A stretch of 64,000 nucleotides of DNA, taken from positions 1 to 64,000 of IMG/VR virus record IMGVR_UViG_3300044994_000386. One strand, given 5' to 3'. Shown here piece by piece: positions 9,725 to 17,463 of this stretch. The DNA comes from a virus. A program made the translations under genes and the position numbers. The notes beneath the pieces were generated by a model. That model did no database searches. It was not told the DNA's origin and worked only from the letters and a program-made list of their open reading frames with translations. Within the stretch, counting starts at the first letter, position 1. Every line of letters begins with the position of its first letter.

Positions 9725-10684
9725 TTAAATATCCCGCATCATTTCCCTAAATCTAAACTCATCTAGGGTTCCGTCGCTTCTCCAGATTGAATAATCTTCT
9801 TGATTTTTAATGATGTGTTTAATCATAGTCAAATTATCAAAAATTAGTTGAGGAAGTGGATTATCATAGCAGTAGAAGTTACCACCAACTTCTCTCGGAG
9901 CTCCCTCTAGTGAAGTTAATTTATTATCATAACAGTAGAAATTACCACCCACTTCTCTCGGAGCACCCCTCAATGAAGTTAATTGGTTATTATAGCAGTA
10001 GAAGCCACCACTGACTTCCTCCGGAGCCCCTCTCAATGAAGTTAATTTATTATTATGACAGTAGAAATGACCACCCACTTCTATCGGACCTCCCTCCAGT
10101 GAAGTTAATTGATTATAACCACAGTGGAAACTACTACCGACTACCTCTGGAGCTCCCCTCAATGAAGTTAATCGATTATAACAACAATAGAAAACACCAC
10201 CTACTTCTCTAGGAGCTCCCTCCAGTGTAGTTAATTGATTATTATTACAGTAGAAATTACCACCTACTTGTCTTGGAGCTCCCCTTAATGATGTTAATTG
10301 ATTATCATCACAGTAGAAACTACCACCAACTTCTTTCGGAGCCCCCTCCAGCGAAGTTAATTGATTATTACTACAAAAAAAGCCATCACCGACTTCCTCC
10401 GGAGCTCCTTCCAGTGAAATCAATTGATTGCTACCACAGTTGAAATCACCACCGACTTTTCTCGGTGAACATTCTAGTGAAGTTAATTGGTTACCATAGC
10501 AGCGGAAATCACCACTTACTATACCGAACTTAAGGGGTAATTCTGATAATCCCTTATTGGTTAAATTTACATCACCATCTACATCGATAGATCCATCCCC
10601 ATTTACAGTATAGTTTTTTATACCAAATTCCTTACAAATCTGGTCAATTTGGTTAAATATGGAGGATTCTAGTAGGTATTTCAT
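9725..10684 (-). CDS. LRR protein, 10 modules
   Basis: 319 aa, same caps and repeat. Confidence 0.9.
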   Translation of the reverse strand: MKYLLESSIFNQIDQICKEFGIKNYTVNGDGSIDVDGDVNLTNKGLSELPLKFGIVSGDFRCYGNQLTSLECSPRKVGGDFNCGSNQLISLEGAPEEVGDGFFCSNNQLTSLEGAPKEVGGSFYCDDNQLTSLRGAPRQVGGNFYCNNNQLTTLEGAPREVGGVFYCCYNRLTSLRGAPEVVGSSFHCGYNQLTSLEGGPIEVGGHFYCHNNKLTSLRGAPEEVSGGFYCYNNQLTSLRGAPREVGGNFYCYDNKLTSLEGAPREVGGNFYCYDNPLPQLIFDNLTMIKHIIKNQEDYSIWRSDGTLDEFRFREMMRDI

Positions 10685-10713
10685 TAGGATACATATTAAA
10701 TTTATAGTATATA

Positions 10714-10985
10714 TTAAATATCCCGCATCAATTCTACAAATCTAAATCTAAACTCATCTAGGGTTCCATCCTTTCTCCAGATTGAATAATCTTCCTGATT
10801 TTTGATAATTTGTTTAATCATATACAAATTATCTAAAATTAGTTTAAGCAAGGGATTATCATAGCAACGGAAACCACAACAATCTCTTTTGGAGTTTCCT
10901 TTAATTAAGTTAATTTATTAAAATGACATAAGAAATCACCACCGACTTCTCTCGGAGCTCCCCTTAATGAAGTTAATTGATTATG
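10714..10985 (-). pseudogene. 5'-truncated LRR paralog remnant (about 2 modules plus C-cap)
   Basis: Repeat and C-cap DNA (gattgaataatcttc, ggagctcccc) with indels; no N-cap. Confidence 0.8.
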
Positions 10986-10993
10986 TCTCGTCA

Positions 10994-11395
10994 AAATGGA
11001 TAAAAGGTAGAACTAAAAATAAAAAATTTGGCGGTTATAATTTATCCGGTAAGGTTTGTTATTTTAATAAGTTGTTAAATAAAGAAAAATATTTTGAAAA
11101 CAGTGATATAATACCTGACGGGTAGATAAAGGGTAAATTGAAAAAAAAAAGACTTTGTTTTTATAATCCTAAATTAAATATAGAAAAATTATTTACAGAG
11201 GATTCACCAGAATTTAGATCTATTCGAGGTAGGTTACCTAAATTACCTTTTATTGAGGAGATTAAAGACATAAGTGAGTTTATAAGAATTTTTAGAAGTG
11301 ATGTGGATGAGGAATCCTTGATGTGGCATCGTGACCGTGAAGATGAAGCCACACATCAAATGAATCTTGAGATAAAAATTAAAAAATTATTTTAA
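10994..11395 (+). pseudogene. Remnant: homing-endonuclease-type WIKG repeats fused to an internally deleted WHRDRED (cupin-like) phage protein
   Basis: Frame reads KWIKGR..IPDG*IKGK..LMWHRDRED..NLEIKIKKLF; in-frame TAG where W is expected. Confidence 0.45.
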
Positions 11396-11439
11396 TATAT
11401 ACATAAAAAAATCTAAACAAATAAAATTCCATATAAAAT

Positions 11440-12192
11440 ATGAATAGAACATTAGCTGGAAAAAGAATCGAATTAATTAGAATGGAGGACCCATATACAA
11501 ACCTTAAAGAAGGTGATAAGGGTACTATTCAATTTATTGATGATATTGGACAAATTCATGTTAAATGGGATAATGGCTCGACTTTAGCTATCTCACCTGA
11601 GATCGATGAATTCAATATTATTGAAGAGTCTTTAAATAAACTGAGACATGTTAGACTATTTGAAGAGTTTATTTTAGGTTCAGATATTGGTTATATTAAT
11701 ACAAAAATGGAAGAGTTATCTGATCTAGTTGATTCAATTGATGATGAATTTATTTCTTTTGAGTGGTCACTGAATAATAATCTTTTAAATGTAACCCTGG
11801 AGATTAACCAAGAACAAATAATAATTAAATATGATATAGAAACCGGTAAATTAATTAGAAACATCAAAGGAAAACTTGATTCTGACCAATGTGATAATGT
11901 TGAAGAAGCTATGGATATTATTGAAGATTGTATTTACAATTTTTTGGGTGTTTCTGAGAGAGCAAAAACCAAAGGTGAAAAATATAAAGGTAAACACATA
12001 CCCGCTAAATATCTAACTAGTAAAAAAGATGCTATGAAAAAAGAAATTGAAGAGTTTCGCGGTAAGAAAAAATACAAAAAAGACTGGGAAGCTGATATAG
12101 ATAAAAGATCTGGTAAAAGAATTGAAACTAAAAAATCAGCCGCCACTAAAGCATATCATCGAATGTTTGAAAAAAAAAAATTAAAAATATGA
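11440..12192 (+). CDS. DUF4314-like N-terminal domain protein with basic C-terminus
   Basis: RIELIRMEDPY..GDKGTIQFIDDIGQIHVKWDNGSTLAI. Confidence 0.7.
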   Translation: MNRTLAGKRIELIRMEDPYTNLKEGDKGTIQFIDDIGQIHVKWDNGSTLAISPEIDEFNIIEESLNKLRHVRLFEEFILGSDIGYINTKMEELSDLVDSIDDEFISFEWSLNNNLLNVTLEINQEQIIIKYDIETGKLIRNIKGKLDSDQCDNVEEAMDIIEDCIYNFLGVSERAKTKGEKYKGKHIPAKYLTSKKDAMKKEIEEFRGKKKYKKDWEADIDKRSGKRIETKKSAATKAYHRMFEKKKLKI

Positions 12193-12749
12193 AATACTTA
12201 AAATTATTTGAAAACTTTAAACACGAAGACGTTGTTGCCGGTGATGAATATAATGAATTTGACGAAGACTCAAAAATTGATTTAACGATTGAATTAGAGT
12301 ATAAATTAAGGAATATGCCTCATGATTCTAAACTAACAGTAAATGATTTTATACAAGAATTTGGAATAGACCCAAAAGATATGACTAATTTTGGTTGGGC
12401 AGCAATTTTAAAAAATCGTAAAATTTACAAGGATATGTCAGATGAAGAATTTAATAAATTATATAATGAATATAAAAATTCAATGAATGAATCTAAAAAA
12501 TCTAATATAACTACTTCACTTAAAAAGAAATCTAAAGCATCTGGAATACCTATGAAAATTTTAAGAAAAGTATTCAATAAAGGAATGCAAGCTTGGAATG
12601 CTGGTCATAGACCAGGTGTGGCTCAACATCAGTGGGGAATGGGTCGTGTAAACTCATTCATAACTGGTGTTGGTGGTGCTAGAAAAGCCGATGCTGATTT
12701 ATGGGCTAAAGCCAAAGCTGCTAAATCAAGGTATAAGAAAAAGAAATAA
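12189..12749 (+). CDS. DUF5824-like phage protein
   Basis: SGIPMKILRKVFNKGMQAW..GHRPG..QWGMGRVNSF; N-terminal MKYLKLFE. Confidence 0.6.
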   Translation: MKYLKLFENFKHEDVVAGDEYNEFDEDSKIDLTIELEYKLRNMPHDSKLTVNDFIQEFGIDPKDMTNFGWAAILKNRKIYKDMSDEEFNKLYNEYKNSMNESKKSNITTSLKKKSKASGIPMKILRKVFNKGMQAWNAGHRPGVAQHQWGMGRVNSFITGVGGARKADADLWAKAKAAKSRYKKKK

Positions 12750-12844
12750 TATATTAACCATCCTAAAAAAAAAATCAAATAACCTTTACAACAAATGAAA
12801 CAATTAGATTTAACAATTATTTTAATTTTAATTTTGTTCCTTAT

Positions 12845-13714
12845 TTAATAGTTTGTTATTATAAGGTGCTTAACTGAATTATCATATCTATTTTTAATAT
12901 TAGTTGAATACTTCAGATCATATTCATCTTTTATGAAATCTTTATATAATTCTGATGTAAAATCATCTTTGTTTATTATAACCATAACCTTTGCATTTTT
13001 AATACTTTTGAAGGTATTAAATAAATCTATTTGTTGATCTTTACCAAATACATTTTCATGTGAATATTCTTTAAATTCTCTTGTATAAGGTGGGTCTATA
13101 AAAATGAAAGTATTATCATCATCATTTTTAGTCATTACTTCTTTATATGAATCACAAAAAATATCAGTATTTCTTAATTTTTCTATATGCTCCTTTTTTA
13201 TATTTGGATTGAATGATTTATAATTACCATATGGTATATTGAATTCACCTTTTGAATTAAACCTTCTCATTCCATTAAATGCTAACTGATTTACTATTAG
13301 AAATCTAAATGCTCTATCTATATCGGATAGATTTTTCAATCCATCTTTTCTGTCTTTATTTCTCCACTCATAATATATAAGTCCTCTTTCTTTTTTTGCT
13401 TCTGATATAGTTAGTTTTTTCTCTTTTTCTTTTTTTGAGATCTCTGATATTTTATCAGAAAAAATTTTAGACATCTTTAATATTTCATCGGGGTTTTCTT
13501 TAAGAACTTTTAAAAAATTTATAAGTTCAGTGTCTATGTCATTTATAACATTTTTATTAGATTCTAAACTCCAATAAACCGCACCACCACCAAAAAACGG
13601 TTCAACAAATTTATAATCTTCATTATTTTTAACAAAATCTGGATAATATTTTGAAAAATTTTTTATTTCTTTTCGTTTACCACCTGTCCATTTATAAATC
13701 GGATCTAATTTCAT
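12845..13714 (-). CDS. dam: DNA adenine methyltransferase (Dam/D12 class)
   Basis: KWTGGK, EPFFGGGAV, FNIPYG and DPPY motifs. Confidence 0.9.
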   Translation of the reverse strand: MKLDPIYKWTGGKRKEIKNFSKYYPDFVKNNEDYKFVEPFFGGGAVYWSLESNKNVINDIDTELINFLKVLKENPDEILKMSKIFSDKISEISKKEKEKKLTISEAKKERGLIYYEWRNKDRKDGLKNLSDIDRAFRFLIVNQLAFNGMRRFNSKGEFNIPYGNYKSFNPNIKKEHIEKLRNTDIFCDSYKEVMTKNDDDNTFIFIDPPYTREFKEYSHENVFGKDQQIDLFNTFKSIKNAKVMVIINKDDFTSELYKDFIKDEYDLKYSTNIKNRYDNSVKHLIITNY

Positions 13715-13830
13715 AAATATCTTATATTAGTTTTAATTAAATGGTTTTAAAAAAAATAATCTACAAAAAAAAATTATATTATAAAAAATATCAATTATGT
13801 CGGAAGAATTTACCCTTTGAATGATAAAAT

Positions 13831-14976
13831 CTATTCTTTTTTGGAGTCGTAGTTTTCGTCATAGATTCTTACTATTTCATTAAATTCCTGTAGGACACCC
13901 ATTTTAATCTTTTCATCTGGATAACTTTGATTAGAAATATACTCACGAATCACATCTTTATATTCTAGTTCAATCTTTATTGATTGAGACAAATCAGAAG
14001 ATTCTTTGATGATTTCTAAAGTTGAATTAGTTTCTTCATCACTTAAATCTTTTAGTTTTTCATCTCGAATATCATCTATATAGTCAACCGAAGCAAAGTT
14101 ACCAGTCTCCAACATCAACTCCAATTTTCTTCTCAATTTACGATTACCGATAATTAAAGAATTAGAAATAAAAAGATCTATATAGTCTTTAGTAGAAACT
14201 TTGTCTAATTCTTCAATATGTTCTTCTTTAGTGATATAAAGTTTTCTAAATTTAGGTGAAATATTGTTAGGTATAAACTTCTCGGTTTCTTCTATGACAT
14301 CTAAAATGAAAATACCTTTTTGATTATTGATATCATTACGATCCATTTCATGAATAGAACCAACAAATGTAAAATTCTTATTAACTTGTTGAATATGAAT
14401 ATGTCCCGAATAAACGTGTTTATAACCTGAAAAGGCTTCTATATCAATTTTATCGTGATTTTTATGAGCTATTGAATTTAAGTGCATTTTAGCACCATTT
14501 AGATCAGAGTGACAAAAAAGATAATCACAACCTGAATATTTTTTTAAGATTTCAATTTGGTCTTTTCTTTTTTCGACCCAAGGAAGCATTAAGATAGATT
14601 TACCCATAAAATCAATCTTAGTAGGCTCTTCATAAACATTCACGTTAGGAATATACTTATAAAGTTTTACGGTATTGATATCATTAGAGCTTTTATTATA
14701 TAAATCGTGGTTGCCGATAATAACATGTACTTGACAAATTTGAGACATTCTTTCTAAAATAGACTGCGCATAGGTTAATATATTTATAGGCACTACGTTT
14801 CGATTATCAAAAAGGTCACCACAATGAACAATAATATCATTTTTAGTGAGTTCTTTTTTAAGAAGTGGAAATAAGAAATCTTCGAAGTATTCTTGAGAAA
14901 CTTTAAACCATTTATCAACTGAGTTTGGATAACCTAATCCTAAATGTGTATCACCAATAACTAAAATTTTAGACAT
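13831..14976 (-). CDS. Mre11/SbcD-like recombination nuclease (T4 gp47-like)
   Basis: GDTHLG, GDLFD, GNHD and SGHIH metallophosphoesterase motifs. Confidence 0.88.
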   Translation of the reverse strand: MSKILVIGDTHLGLGYPNSVDKWFKVSQEYFEDFLFPLLKKELTKNDIIVHCGDLFDNRNVVPINILTYAQSILERMSQICQVHVIIGNHDLYNKSSNDINTVKLYKYIPNVNVYEEPTKIDFMGKSILMLPWVEKRKDQIEILKKYSGCDYLFCHSDLNGAKMHLNSIAHKNHDKIDIEAFSGYKHVYSGHIHIQQVNKNFTFVGSIHEMDRNDINNQKGIFILDVIEETEKFIPNNISPKFRKLYITKEEHIEELDKVSTKDYIDLFISNSLIIGNRKLRRKLELMLETGNFASVDYIDDIRDEKLKDLSDEETNSTLEIIKESSDLSQSIKIELEYKDVIREYISNQSYPDEKIKMGVLQEFNEIVRIYDENYDSKKE

Positions 14977-15175
14977 TCATAAATATAATTTTTTTATTTA
15001 TATTAAATAAATACTCAAAAGTTATACTACATATTTAATTTCAGCATTTTCTAATAAAGCCCTTTTTTCGTTTCCTTTTGTTAATTTAATAAGTTAAATT
15101 ACAATTAGATTATTCTAAAAGAAAATCATAAAAATTATTATCGATTGAAAACTAATTAAAGTAACACTCAGTGAT

Positions 15176-15394
15176 GTGATGAAACATGTAGATAATTTTA
15201 TTGAAATTGATCCAAATCAAATTAAATATTTATTAATTGATACAAAAAAAGATCCTGTGAGAGTTGAAGCTGCTGATTATAAAAACTATCCAATTGTAAT
15301 AGATTCAAAAGCAGGTAAACCAATATCTATACTAGATGTACAACATCGTTTGGTCAAAGCATTACGTAATGTTAAAATAAAAGATCGAATTTAA
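15176..15394 (+). CDS. Small ORF, possible ParB-like fragment
   Basis: YPIVI..ILDVQHRLVKA resembles the ParB-like DGxHR motif; may be decayed. Confidence 0.3.
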   Translation: MMKHVDNFIEIDPNQIKYLLIDTKKDPVRVEAADYKNYPIVIDSKAGKPISILDVQHRLVKALRNVKIKDRI

Positions 15395-15496
15395 ATTTAG
15401 ATACTGCCCCTGTGAAATTTAAGTCTGTTTTTGATAAATAATTAGAAAAAAGTCAGATTTACTAATTAATATATATATAAAAATAATAAAAAGAAT

Positions 15497-16117
15497 ATGC
15501 CATTACCACATTTTACAAGATTATTAACAACCGGAAGTCCAGGTGGTCCCGGAACTAAGCCTCATGAGGCTGTATATTTGAATTTATTTGAGATTACTTT
15601 CATATTACCTACGATTCTACAAGCTCAGGGTAGAGATCCAATTTTAATGCTACAGAATGCGTTAAAAATTGATATAAGTCTAACAGAAGCAGATATAGGA
15701 GTACAGGAGCAAAGATTTAAGTACTCAACTCGAGCTTTCTTAACTACACCAACTAAGACTACAATTGAATTTAGTATACCATTTAACGTTAATGTTAATG
15801 ATGCTGGTTCAATGGAAATCTGGAACACATTAAAAGCTTGGTATGACTTAGTTTGGAACTCACAAAATGGTTCATTGCATTATAAGAGTGATATAATTGG
15901 CACTATCATCGTTAACCAACATGATAAAAAGGGTATTGTTTTAAGAAGGGTTACTTTCCAAAACTGCCAAATCAAGAAACTTGGTGGTATTTCTTTAGAT
16001 TGGACATCAAATGATATCTGGAAAGATGTTACTGCTGATTTCATAGCTGATTACTGGATTGATGAATACATAGATGGTAACTTCACAATTCAACCTCCTA
16101 TTATACCTGGTTATTAA
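15497..16117 (+). CDS. Tail tube protein (gp19-like)
   Basis: LFEITF..WYDLVWN..YKSDIIGTIIVNQHDKKG..LDW; adjacent to baseplate and sheath genes. Confidence 0.7.
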   Translation: MPLPHFTRLLTTGSPGGPGTKPHEAVYLNLFEITFILPTILQAQGRDPILMLQNALKIDISLTEADIGVQEQRFKYSTRAFLTTPTKTTIEFSIPFNVNVNDAGSMEIWNTLKAWYDLVWNSQNGSLHYKSDIIGTIIVNQHDKKGIVLRRVTFQNCQIKKLGGISLDWTSNDIWKDVTADFIADYWIDEYIDGNFTIQPPIIPGY

Positions 16118-16137
16118 TATTTAAAAAATATAGAATT

Positions 16138-16166
16138 AAAAAACCCACCATATAGTGGGTTTTTTT
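16138..16166. terminator. Bidirectional intrinsic terminator
   Basis: aaaaaacccac-catata-gtgggttttttt between convergent genes. Confidence 0.8.
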
Positions 16167-16413
16167 ATTTGAACTTATTTATCATTCCTGACATCTGATT
16201 CATATAACTTGAAGGATTAAAATTAGGCATTGAACTCATTTGTTTTTCTTCTTCTTTTTTCTTTTGTTTTTCTTCTTCTTCAGCTAATTGATTAACTATT
16301 TTAATGTTTTCTTCTAGCATCCAGAAAGGCCACTCATCCATAGCCCATTCTTGAGTATGGTAATGTTTTTGTAAAAGTAGCTTATTCTTTAATAAACTGG
16401 TCAAAGGCATCAT
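16165..16413 (-). CDS. Small baseplate hub assembly protein (gp51-like)
   Basis: LQKHYH..MDEWPFW..EEEEK, directly downstream of gp26-like gene. Confidence 0.55.
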   Translation of the reverse strand: MMPLTSLLKNKLLLQKHYHTQEWAMDEWPFWMLEENIKIVNQLAEEEEKQKKKEEEKQMSSMPNFNPSSYMNQMSGMINKFK

Positions 16414-17311
16414 GAATAACGAAAATAGCTGACGGTCCGTCGGGAAATATCATATCGCTGTGCACCTCCAAACCACAGCTACAAGTTTTTACTAATTCTT
16501 TTATTCCAAAGGTCATTTTTTCAACTGCTGAATTCAAAAATTGGAAAGAAATGTCATCCATTTTTTGAAATTCATCTAATTTACTTTTAATGCCTTCAAT
16601 AGTAATCGATGTTCTGTCGTATAATAGGAAAGGAATAATCTTTAAAAACGAAAGATTAGGCTTTCTTTTTTCTGAATTTTCTTTAATAATATATTCAGTG
16701 AAACTTTTTTGTATACCTATAGTTGGTGGTGCTAAGTTATAAACTTTACCATTTTTAGTTTCAAATGTAAAGCATCTTAATGTTGGGTTGTAGAATTTAC
16801 TAATTCTCTCATTTGTTTCATAGTATCTGAAATTTTCTCTCTTGAGTTCAATGCTAACTTCTTGTCCACACTTACATTCACACTTAGTTACTAAATTTGT
16901 ACCTTGTTGAAAAGTTAATTCTCTAATTAAGAAAATTAAATAGTATCTATCTGGATCTCTTAAATCTAAATATGAGCCCATTTCACCACCTGTATATTGA
17001 ACACGTACACAGGAAGATAACATATCATTCATCTTTTCAACAATATCATAAAAATTATTATCATCAACCATAGAATAAGCTTGAATTTCCTTAACTTGTG
17101 CTGCTCTTACTTTTACTAAAGTACCAGGGGGATAGAAAATCGAACAAGGAAAATCTTTAATATCGAATGAAAAATATTGTAAATCTGTCAATCTTGAATT
17201 ATCAAACGTTACCTTTGGGTTTAAAGGTTGTTGTTTATAAGTTTGTTTAGAAGCCTCGAGTTCTTCTAGATGTTTCTTTAAATATTCTTCTTCTGATAGA
17301 TTTTGTGACAT
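16382..17311 (-). CDS. Baseplate hub protein (gp26-like)
   Basis: DRYYLIFLIRELT, CxCxCG and CSCG zinc motifs, PPTIG. Confidence 0.6.
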   Translation of the reverse strand: MSQNLSEEEYLKKHLEELEASKQTYKQQPLNPKVTFDNSRLTDLQYFSFDIKDFPCSIFYPPGTLVKVRAAQVKEIQAYSMVDDNNFYDIVEKMNDMLSSCVRVQYTGGEMGSYLDLRDPDRYYLIFLIRELTFQQGTNLVTKCECKCGQEVSIELKRENFRYYETNERISKFYNPTLRCFTFETKNGKVYNLAPPTIGIQKSFTEYIIKENSEKRKPNLSFLKIIPFLLYDRTSITIEGIKSKLDEFQKMDDISFQFLNSAVEKMTFGIKELVKTCSCGLEVHSDMIFPDGPSAIFVIHDAFDQFIKE

Positions 17312-17410
17312 AAAACAGTTTTTTTTTTATTTTTTCTTTTATATATTGAAAGAGATCAATTCTCTCTCTTTTTTTCATTTATATAAAAAAAAATAACAAT
17401 TGTTTAAAAC

Positions 17411-17440
17411 AAAAAAAAAGACCCATGACTGGGTCTTTTT
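17411..17440. terminator. Intrinsic terminator after tail sheath
   Basis: aaaaagaccca-tgac-tgggtcttttt with A/T tracts. Confidence 0.8.
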
Positions 17441-17463
17441 ATTATTTTATTTTATTTTATGAT

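Larger units (their letters stand above)
1..10985 (-). repeat. Tandem array of paralogous LRR genes built from 63-bp/21-aa modules
   Basis: Module consensus NQLTSLEGAPREVGGxFYCxx; constant caps; conserved short intergenic spacers; continues beyond left edge. Confidence 0.95.

Noticed and set aside
97-10970. GGAGCTCC palindrome in most modules as a recombinase site
   Set aside because: Explained by conserved Gly-Ala-Pro codons; synonymous variants (GGAGCCCC, GGTGCTCC) are tolerated.
1-10985. CRISPR array interpretation
   Set aside because: Repeats are contiguous, degenerate and protein-coding with no unique spacers; no cas genes in the window.
1-10985. Diversity-generating retroelement (many variable codons are NNT, as if derived from AAT)
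   Set aside because: No reverse transcriptase or invariant template repeat in the window; T-ending codons are expected in an AT-rich genome; CAA/GAA codons also occur. Worth rechecking only if an RT lies to the left.
11110-11135. In-frame TAG as evidence of stop-codon recoding
   Set aside because: TAG ends the Mre11-like and clamp-loader genes at plausible positions, and long genes are intact in code 11.
16382-16413. Programmed frameshift between overlapping baseplate ORFs
   Set aside because: No canonical slippery heptamer; the downstream ORF has its own ATG codons.
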